A DNA stretch of 64,000 bases from NCBI GenBank assembly GCA_951406725.2, contig OX597830.1:14694001-14758000 (forward strand). The letters are read 5' to 3'. A model generated the notes under the pieces. It was not told the origin of the DNA, made no database searches, and saw only the letters and a list, made by a program, of their open reading frames with translations. This DNA is from Octopus vulgaris. Its lineage: Eukaryota. Shown here in pieces: positions 54,184 through 64,000 of this stretch (position 1 is its first letter; each line of letters starts with the position of its first letter). The translations under genes and the position numbers were made by a program.

Positions 54184-55534
54184 ATTTTTGGAAGGACTTT
54201 TTTTATGTATATTAATGTATGTCTGAAATTTTTACACGTTCTTTCGTTCACACACATGCAGCGTCGATCATGAAGGTAAACGTTTATATACGTATAAATA
54301 GTTGGCGGGGGATGTTCGTGTGTGTATATAAAATATATTTAAATGTATCCCATTTATATTTACACACACACACGAACACACACATAGATATTCACATACA
54401 TGTGTATGCATGTATTGCTGTAAGCATATATATATAGTCTAACGGTTTAATCAAAAGTTTATTTGATGTTTTATTGAGAATATTTTCACATCCAGTTTTT
54501 CTGTAATTGGCAGTGAATAAGTTTTTTAGCATTTTTTCCCTTAAAGCGCCAGTTTCGCTGCCGCACGTTTTAATTAAGTAGCTAGAAAACTATTAATATT
54601 TCTATAGAGAAAAAAATTCGAGTGTAAGCTGAAGAAACAAATGCATTTTAAGATGGGAAAAAATCACATTAAATTAGAATATTTTTCTATTTTCAATGGC
54701 TTAAATTCCTAAGAAATGGTCTACTTACTCACACATACACGCACGCTTGTGTGTATATATATCATGTATGTACATTTGTATGTACACACAAACACACATA
54801 CGTAGCAACGTATATACATATGCGCACTCATATGTATATAAATACTCAGACACATACATAATGAACTCGAGATAGGTGGATGTGGGTGAGTGTATTACTA
54901 GGTTTGCTGATAAGAAATATTGCTTTAAAAAAAAAGATGTATTTTTGAATATGTGTGTGGATGTGTTTATACGTATGTCTGTGTGCTTAAGTATATATTT
55001 AAATCTAAAAAAAAAAATTATGTTGAATATATTTGCGTATAAACACGTTGACGAGAGACTTTCCGACACTTTAAGTCGTATATGTTGCAGTTTATGGCTG
55101 TGTTTGCGAAAAGAAACGCGAAAGAAGATGTAGAATGCTTTGACATACATAACTAAGAAAAAGCAGAGACAATATTACCTACATAGCTAGAGAACAGATA
55201 GTGTTATTGCGGAAAGCAAATAGAAAATAGCTTTCGAACAAATGTTTATAGCTAATTATATATCTATATAAGGAACAAAAAAACACATGTTTATACAATT
55301 TCAAAATTTGTTTGGAAGCCTTAAGTGCTTTTTAAGACTATAGAATTATTTGTTTATCGCCTTCTAAGTGGTTTACGTTTAAATATAAGCGTAATATTTA
55401 ACTCTGTTTACCTGATCGTTTACTGTCAAGACATATGAATGACAATCTATTATTTAATGAGAACATGTTTTACGATTTAACAACACTTATTCTCACAGAA
55501 ACCAATACTCTTCTCCATAAACTGTATATATATA

Positions 55535-55766
55535 TGGAAGCACGCCGTCGGTTACGACGACGAGGGTTCCGGTTGATCCGAATCAACGGAACAGCCTGCT
55601 CGTGATTTAACGTGTAAGTGGCTGAGCACTCCACAGACACGTGTACCCTTAACGTAGTTCTCGGGGATATTCAGCGTGACACAGAGAGTGACAAGGCCGG
55701 CCCTTTAAAATACAGGTACAACAGAAACAGGAAGTAAGAGTGAGAGAAAGTTGTGGTGAAAGAGTA
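55535..55766 (-). mobile_element. SINE family C, tail type i, 5'-truncated
   Basis: Reverse complement of 61768-61984. Confidence 0.88.
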
Positions 55767-56232
55767 GTATATGGATCCAATATTTTCTTTTTCACATTTG
55801 GAGCATTGTATATTGACAATATATGTTAAACCCCACTTTTTACATTGCTGTCCTACCTGTCTCGATCCCTCTTTTTACTTATTAATGCTTTTACACTCTT
55901 CAATGTGAATGTGTTTCAGAATTAATCCTCTACATGCAGATAAACGGGTCTCTGCTTGAGTGCCCAGATAAACGTGTTAAAATGGAATAACTGTCTGCTC
56001 CAAGATACCTTAGACCAGATACGTACTTCCTCCATGATTCCAGCTATTTTTTGCATTCATACCTTCAACTTTCATTCTGCTGAGGCGCAATGTAGTGGAT
56101 TTGCAGAATTATTAAAGCGTCGGAGAATATATTTTGCATTATTCGTTCCGGCTATTTGCGTTCTGAATTGGTGTCTTGCTAAGATGAACTTTGTCACTCA
56201 TCACTTTTGGGATCAAGACACTAATTGTAAAT

Positions 56233-56645
56233 AAGGTGGCGAGATGGCAGAATCGTTAGCACGCCGGGCGAAATGCTTATCAGTATTTCGTCTGTAGCTA
56301 CGTTCTGAATTCAAATTTTGCCGAGGTCGACTTTGCCTTTCATCCTTTCAGGGTCGATTAAATAAGTACCAGTTACGCACTGGGGTCGATATAATCGACT
56401 TAATCCGTTTGTCTGTCCTTGTGTGTCCCTTCTGTGCTTAGCCCCTTCTGGGTAGTAAAGAAATAGGTATTTCGGCTGTCTACTTTCTGAGTTCAAATTC
56501 CGTCGAGGTCGACTTTGCCTTTCATCCTTTCGGGGTCGATAAATTAAGTGCCAGTTATGTACTGGGGTCGATGTAGTTGACTTAACCCGTTTGTCTGTCC
56601 TTGTTTGTCCCCTCTATGTTTAGCCCCTTGTGGGCAATAAAAAGA
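56233..56645 (+). mobile_element. SINE family A dimer
   Basis: Full unit, then junction AAAGAAATAGGTATTTCGG, then a second 5'-truncated unit. Confidence 0.9.
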
Positions 56646-58611
56646 TAAGAATCGCTTTCCCTTTACATATTCAGTTTGTATCCATCCAGACTCAAATTTC
56701 CATATCACTTTTCCTGGGACAATAAAATAAGTGGTGCTAGTATATTTCGATTGATTAAATCAATTCTAGTTCTTCCCATGAAAAGTATGTACGGGTCTCT
56801 GTATGAATGTAATTAGCAATTTAATTTATGCAGCTAACATACATGTTTTAATGAAGGGAGGGCGGTTTATTGTAGAAGTGGTAGAGCAAATGTCTGGAGA
56901 ATTCAGTTAAGTTACTTCATGTTCTTTCAAGGACTGGGCTGCTGCTACCAATTATACCTAAACACCCTTCAATTTTTGGCATTGTATTTATACTAGGATT
57001 CTGTCTTTAATGGAATAGAAGAGAATTGGCTAAATAAATAAATTAGAAGTCAGTTCTCTTGTGCATTTGGCTACGGTTCTTCAAGTTGAACTCTACCTTT
57101 GACTTTTATCTCTATAGGACGCACTGGAGGCGATGTGATGCGCTATAACCTACCACTAAATTATGTTGCCTGCTACTATAGTAAGAATTTAATACGGAGC
57201 CAATTACTTTGGTGATTTGGATTCAAAACCTATTTTGGTTGTTATTCTGGTTAAGTAGTTAGTCGAAAGTATATGTTCCAGTCAAGTATTACGATCGATA
57301 CAAACGATTTAATTTTGTGGTCATGTACCAATGTTAGAAATTATTGTTATCCATTAAACAGCGAATGCATTGGATTCCAGGAGAAATTAAACTGTAAGCT
57401 GTAGTTATTAACCTAAAGACTAATGTCATAACTGGATAAGAGCAAAATTTCAGAGTGAAACACCGGGGGGCCTGAGAACTTGACAACATGCAATTAATGT
57501 TTCTCTCTGCTTGTGGTTTTTATCCTCTCCTACGTTTAGATTTACCACTTGATGTAAGTGAATTTCGATGTTATTAAAGAGAAAATGACTACTAGCATGA
57601 TCTAATTCAAAGTTCATTTAATTATTCCATTGAAATTCTGTAGCTGTCTCACCACTGTCGTGTGGTCTATCTCTCTTGCCTCACTGCATTAATGCAAGTT
57701 AAGAATGCGATATTTTTCAAAGTGATTTAGCCAAGTATTTGTTTTAAAATGGATAAAATCAAATACAAAAGAGCATAAATTGAAATACAAAAGGAGAAAT
57801 AAACAATGTAAACACAGTATTGAGATAATCGTGGGAGAAGAGCAAAGAAGAGTCGTTAGCTTCGTGAATTTTGATCGGTGGAATGCTGCGATTGCAGTGA
57901 ATCCTACGTTTTATTACACGGAAACCAAAAGCTCTTAACTTGTTTATTACTGGACGATGGTGATACATTTTCTCTCAGGAATCGATAAGCAATTTAATGA
58001 AGCAACCTTCAGTATCATTCATAATCGAATAAAACTATTGGAATTGAATTTTTTCAAATTGTTTAAACCTTTTCAAATTCATTTTATCTCCACTGGCAAC
58101 TCGTATATATCTAGACGAAATTAGATTTACACAGCATATAGAAACTTCTCTTGTCGGTAGGTATATGGCTTTGAGTTGCTAAATGAATGTGTAAATCTCG
58201 ATAAAACTTGCAAAACTTCAATCTATAAATACAAATCTATAGTTTGGCTGAATTATTCGTAAGATATTTTGCAACTTAACAAACAATTTAGTTTTGAGAA
58301 GAATAATATTTGTTTATTTATCTTTTTTTAAATTAAAATTCTAGATCCTGAATGTTATTAAACCTTACTTTCAGCACACCCGGCACTATGTTTAGTCATT
58401 CGTTAGTTGTTCTTACATTTTGTTTGTTATTACCAAATATATAATTGTACGAATCGTAATTGAGCGAGATTTCTGGTTGACTCATGGAACAAGCTTCCCT
58501 TGCGAAGCGTCGAGAAAGAGTAGGTAGCAAACGGTAGTCCCCGTCTTATATGTATGTGTGTGTGTCAGTATATGTACGTATATATGTGTGTGTGTGTTTG
58601 TACGCGCGCGC

Positions 58612-58648
<37 letters not shown>

Positions 58649-58870
58649 TATAAACATATGCATATGTATAAATATAGATACGCACGTATGCACACACACG
58701 CGCACACACGCACACACACATACACACACATACACACACACCTTTTAGTGTTTGTGTGTATGAATATGTTTCTTAACAGAAGTGACATGTCTAAAGCAGT
58801 CGAAGGCTTAACGGTTACTTCACCAAAAGAGTTCAAATCCTATCAAAGGTAACTCTAGCTTTATGCTACA

Positions 58871-58942
<72 letters not shown>

Positions 58943-59199
58943 GCTGCTGCTGCTTCTGCTACTGCTGCTGCTGCTACTGTAGTGGCAGCTGCTGAAAGCT
59001 ATATCATCAAATTCAAACGTGCCTTTTATTCCGCCTTCGTTATCACAATAGTAGTTATGTACCCGTAATATACTGGAAAGTTACAATCTGTCTACATCAA
59101 TGAAAGTTTTTGATATTTCAGGACTAAAAAAATTTTTTTTTTTTTTTTTGCCTTTAACCCTCCAACGCGGAGTATAATTGAATTCCATATCGCATACTT

Positions 59200-59560
59200 T
59201 TTCGCTCCTATACTTATACTCTGCCATGAATATCCACCTTTCTCTAGTTCCTTTTTTATTGATCTACGCCACGAGTTCTTAGGCCTACCTTTCTTTCTAT
59301 ATCCAACCGGTTTCCACTTTTCGCTACATTTGGTGTGTCTTTTCTAATTGTGCTACCAATCCAATATTTTTTTGCCTTGGCTTTATAGTTGCTTCACTTC
59401 TCCTCTTACATTGGTAAATTTTGGAAAAGTTTTTAAGACAACAATTTCTGCTCATTCATTACAAATCGCTGGACTGAAAATAAACCATGTCTGTCAGTTG
59501 ACTGAACACCATTTTCCTATTGCCGTAATTTTTGAGAATGTTGCAGAAAACGTTGAAAGG
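59200..59560 (-). mobile_element. RTE-clade LINE C-terminal remnant
   Basis: WKPVGYRKKGRPKNSWRRSIKKEL. Confidence 0.7.
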
Positions 59561-59669
59561 CCGCACTAGATACACTTAGCTCGTTTGATGTATGAGGGTT
59601 TTGGACTCAGAACTCGATTGTGATGGCAGTGTCATCTTCAGTAATTCTTTCCGAAGACGATACTATATA

Positions 59670-59851
59670 TGGGTTTCACATTTTGGCAAAAAAAACTAGC
59701 AATTTCGTGCGAGGGCGTAAGTCAATTATATCGACCCCCCCTCCCAGTGCTGACCCTGAAAGGAAGAAAGGCAAAGTCGACCTCGTCGACATTTGAACTC
59801 AGAACATAAAAGACAGACGAAATGTCAACGATTCTGCCAGCTCGCCGCCTT
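59670..59851 (-). mobile_element. SINE family A variant
   Basis: Ends TCTGCCAGCTCGCCGCCTT. Confidence 0.8.
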
Positions 59852-59954
59852 ACTGATACTACACAATAATAACAACTCTGTTACACTAAGCTAATTGTTA
59901 AACTGCTGTGATGCACTAATTACAGCTCTACACTGGACACTACACCGCATAATT

Positions 59955-60195
59955 GTGAGCCCGACGCTCCGGGCTGTGATCTGTGTTCTTGAGCAAGACA
60001 CTTCATTTCACGTTGATCCAGTTCACTCAGCTGTAGAAATTAGTTGCGACGTCACTAGTGCCAAGCTGTATCGGCGTTTGCCTTTCCCTTGGATAACATC
60101 GGTGGCGTGGAGAAGGGAAGATGGTATGCATGGGCGACTGCTAGTCTTCCATAAACAACATTGCCCGCACTTGCGGCTTGGAAGGAAACTTTCAT
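59955..60195 (+). mobile_element. SINE with CORE/V-like domain and distinct tail
   Basis: GTGTTCTTGAGCAAGACACTTCATTTCACGTTG..CCAGTTCACTCAGCTG. Confidence 0.55.
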
Positions 60196-60474
60196 CACCG
60201 AAGTGGATTAACATCTCAACAACATCTCGACACCCATCATTACATTACAGCATTGCATTGAAGTATTTTATATCTTTTTTTAAATCTTATAAAGCGCTAC
60301 ATCTTATTTTTTAACTATATTACATCACAACACTACACCCCAGCACCTCACTACAGTATTACACTATAGATATATGCACAAGATATCTACATCATATATG
60401 CATATATGACTTTATAGTGGATCAGTTCCCTACACCTAGTCTTAATAGCAACATCAATAACAAAAGCAATAAAA

Positions 60475-60900
60475 ATATTGGTTTCAAATTCTTGACACAA
60501 GGCCAGCAATTTCGGGTGGAGAGGAAATCCCATTACATTAACCCTGTTTCTCAAGTGATACTTATTTTATCAACCCCAAAATGATGAAAGGTAAAGTCGA
60601 TGTCGTCTGATTTTGAACTCAGAACGTAAAGACGGATGAAATCCTGGTGAGTATTTCGCCCGGCGTGCTAATGATTCTGCCAGCTCGCCGCCTTAACAAC
60701 AATAAAAAGTCCTGGTTTCAAATTTTGGCACAAGGCCAGCAATTGCGAGGAAAGGATTAATTCGATTGCATCAATCCCAGTGTTCAGATAGTACTTATTT
60801 TATCGACCCCGAAAGGATGAGAACCAAAGTCGAGCTCGGCGGAATTTGAACTCAGAATGTAAGGACGGACGCCCGGCGCGGTAACAATTCTGTCAGCTCA
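60475..60900 (-). mobile_element. two tandem SINE family A variants
   Basis: GGCACAAGGCCAGCAATT...GAACTCAGAA..CCGGCG repeated. Confidence 0.8.
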
Positions 60901-61334
60901 AAGCTTCTTCTAAAAAACGGGTATTACTACCCGAAGGAATCGAACCCACACCCCTTATTTTCGCGTTAGATGTGCTGACAAATTACACTAACAGCAATAA
61001 AAAAATATTGATTTCAAATTTTGGCCCAAGGCCAGCAAATTTGGTATTGGGCCACTTAAACTGTTCATTGGTTTCTTCATGTATGACCTTGACATATCCA
61101 CTGCACACACACACATACACACACACATCCATACATATGTAATTCCCCGTTTCGTCTACAGAGAGAATTTTTCTCCATGACGAAACGCGGTGAATGGCCT
61201 TCTTACGAAAACGTTTCAGACATATATGACCTGGTAACAACTTTATATTTATATAAGGTACTCGTTAGCACTTCTACATGTGTGTGTGTGTGCGCGCGCG
61301 TGTGTACAGAGAGAGAGAGAGAAAGACATATATA

Positions 61335-61566
61335 TTTCTTTATTGCCCACAAGGGGCTAAATACAGAGGGGGCAAACAAGGTCAGATAAAGGGATTAAGT
61401 CGATTACATCGACCCCAGTGCGAAACTGGTACTTTATTTATCAACCACGAAAGGATGAAAGGCAAAGTCGACCTCGGCGGAATTTGAACTCAGAGCATAA
61501 CGACAGACGAAATACCGCTAAGCATTTCGACCGGCGCGCTAACGTGTCTGCCAGCTCGCCGCCTTT
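61335..61566 (-). mobile_element. SINE family A, full length with ~22-bp TSD
   Basis: AGAGAGAGAAAGACATATATAT on both sides. Confidence 0.9.
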
Positions 61567-61626
61567 AAAGAGAGAGAAAGACATATATATATATGCGAAA
61601 TCTATATTACATATATATGCCACATT

Positions 61627-61984
61627 GTGGAGGCACAATGGCCCAGTGGTTAGGGCAGCGGACTCGCGGTCGTAGGATCGCGGTTTCGATTCCCAGACCG
61701 GGCGTTGTGAGTGTTTATTGAGCGAAAAACACCTAAAGCTCCACGAAGCTCCGGCAGGGATCCCTGCTGTACTCTTTCACCACAACTTTCTCTCACTCTT
61801 ACTTCCTGTTTCTGTTGTACCTGTATTTCAAAGGGCCGGCCTTGTCACTCTCTGTGTCACGCTGAATATCACCGAGAACTACGTTAAGGGTACACGTGTC
61901 TGTGGAGTGCTCAGCCACTTACACGTTAATTTCACGAGCAGGCTGTTCCGGAACCCTCATCGTCGTAACCGATGGAGTGCTTCC
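61627..61984 (+). mobile_element. SINE family C, tail type i, full length with 14-bp TSD
   Basis: tRNA-like head TGGCCCAGTGGTTAGGGCAGCGGAC..GGTTTCGATTCCC; ATATATGCCACATT at 61613-61626 and 61985-61998. Confidence 0.92.
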
Positions 61985-63276
61985 ATATATGCCACATTAA
62001 TGGCAAACATATGGAAACTACACAGCATGTTATAGAATATTGACGGAATCGAGAGATAAATGTAGTAAGTGACAGGATTTAAATAAAATTTTCAAATATT
62101 TAGATTAACTCGTATACTTTTCTTTTCGCTTTTTCCGTAGGGAAATTGTAAACTTGTTTTTAGTGAAATATTCCGATTTCCGACTCCTTATTGTACCAGG
62201 ATAAAAATCTATTGATTACATCTCAGCTATGCATTAAGAAACAGATAGGTTTATAACTCTAGACATATATGAAAGTGAGAGTGGGTTTGTATGATTACCT
62301 GTTTCTATGGGAATACATATGATTTTGATAGGTCAGTGTTGTTCAGCCATAGACGGCACGACTGCGACAACCTAATAACATTATTTTGTCGCGGCTCCTC
62401 ATTCCTGAGACATTTCTGGAGCGTTTGTAATCTCACTTGACCGAAATCACGACTTTCTAGGTTTCCATTCGATAAAATGATTAATTTCCTTTCTCCATGG
62501 CTACTAGGAGCAACGGAGTTTTATAATGTTTTCATTTTTCGCAAAGTACATCCAACGTTTTCATCTATTGAGATTTCACCAATATCTTTCCTATGGGTTT
62601 TACAATTCCTGTCGTCTTTTATAAGTTTTCGTATATTGCAGAATGTTTCTTCATATCAGAGGCAAAAAGTACAGCTTTTGCAGAAAAGAAACAACTCCAA
62701 ACCGTTTTCAAGAGTTTGTATTGGAAATACAGTTTTATTCGACGGCCTTCCAGGAAATTATTTTGTGTTCAAATCCTGGATTCTTGAAAAAGTAATAGCA
62801 TAATATTTCCAATAACGGAAAATGTTATAATATGAAATTTTATGTCATTTTTACGCTCTTATGTTTATAAATGTCTGGTATCAGTGAATCATATTCAATT
62901 TTTTTTCCTGTTATTGTAGTTGCTTAGTATTAGATAAGTCTTAACGAAGCAGGCCTCTGTTTAAAGGCGTTCCACTCATGACCAATACGTATTCATATGT
63001 ATTTAAAACTACATTATCCAGTGTCTTCTTAGTTTTTAAGGTAGTAAATAGGATGGGATTTAAGGGAAATTTGTCTGCTATTTTCAGGATGTCAAGCAAC
63101 CGTGTGGAGCCTCGAATGTAGACTTCTGTAAGTTTTAGTAGAGAGAAGCAGTGAATACATTGTGAATTTTTTTTTTTTCTCGGCGAACATAATTTGAACT
63201 TACTGCCGTTGTCCGCGAAGCTATGGTAAAGTGGATCTAACATATTTGTTGTGGTAGGTCAATGAATTTTAGTTTC

Positions 63277-63329
<53 letters not shown>

Positions 63330-63331
<2 letters not shown>

Positions 63332-63500
63332 GCCATGATAGATCGCTAGCTACTTATTTCTTTCTGTGTTCCTTTCTGTAGAAGAGCGTAGGCTCGAAAC
63401 ATAAAAGACTTTTTCACTTCCCGAGCTTTATACTAATACATCTGTTTCTTGACTACACCACTTGTCTTCGTCTTTTGTTTTTTCGTGAATTCTAAGCCCC
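63330..63500 (+). mobile_element. hammerhead-bearing short element, second copy, in (TA)n
   Basis: CTTTCTGTAGAAGAGCGTAGGCTCGAAACATAAAAG; stem III broken by a G>A change. Confidence 0.75.
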
Positions 63501-63598
63501 CCCCCCCCATATATATATATATGTTTGTATATAAATATATATATATACATACATACATACATACATACATACATACATACATACATACATACATACAT

Positions 63599-63652
<54 letters not shown>

Positions 63653-63654
63653 CG

Positions 63655-63854
63655 ATAGTGTATATCTATACACATAAGGAATCCACACTTAGAGTGAAAA
63701 TTCAGCACATTAGAGAACCACAACTATAAATGGTAAATGTTTTTCATTTCCAAATTTTGTTCCTGTCGAATCTTATCCGTTATTGTTGTGGTTCTCTAAT
63801 GTGCTGAATTTTCACTCTAAGTGTGGATTCCTTATGTGTATAAATATACACTAT
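63655..63854. repeat. near-perfect inverted repeat: 70-bp arms, 60-bp loop (probable young MITE/fold-back)
   Basis: 63655-63724 is the reverse complement of 63785-63854 with one mismatch. Confidence 0.92.
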
Positions 63855-64000
63855 ATCATATAACTAATATATAGTCTTCTTGACTAATTTTTTGCACGGT
63901 AGACCACTGGAAATGTAAATTTTGGTTGAATATTTTAAATTTAATTAAATTCCATTTCCCTTTTGATATGATTAAACGATATATATATATATATATATAT

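Noticed and set aside
57760-57990. INKLRAFGF, a CR1-like RT remnant
   Set aside because: Too short and decayed to support without an alignment.
61147-61200. ACGCGGTGAATG similarity to miR-124 in a small hairpin
   Set aside because: Only 12 nt match, the seed AAGGCAC is absent, and the hairpin does not pair the putative mature strand.
61627-61700. tRNA-like sequence
   Set aside because: It is a SINE head that continues into the body and is bounded by a TSD; not a tRNA gene.
62340-62800. EISIDE motif suggesting a piggyBac-like transposase
   Set aside because: A single short motif, with no TIR or TTAA site identified.

Overview
AT-rich, repeat-dominated animal genomic DNA. The SINE families and extreme microsatellite load suggest an octopus (coleoid cephalopod); this is an inference from pattern recognition, not a database match. 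No host protein-coding exon could be supported. Most listed ORFs are microsatellite read-throughs or decayed retrotransposon fragments. The window holds many tRNA-derived SINE copies (at least 3 head families), fragments of R4/Dong-type, RTE-type, Tx1/L1-type and CR1/Jockey-type LINEs, a mariner-type MITE and a TTAGGG-containing MITE family. The most interesting signals are: (1) short microsatellite-embedded elements carrying minimal hammerhead-ribozyme folds (Penelope/retrozyme-like); (2) a telomere-repeat MITE flanked by a ~145-bp direct repeat; (3) a twin-priming-type 5' inversion in an RTE-type LINE; (4) two tandem ORF1-only zinc-knuckle elements lacking ORF2; (5) SINE concatemers inside one TSD, and tail-swapped SINEs; (6) a near-perfect 70-bp-arm hairpin. 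Coordinates were read by eye and may be off by a few bases.
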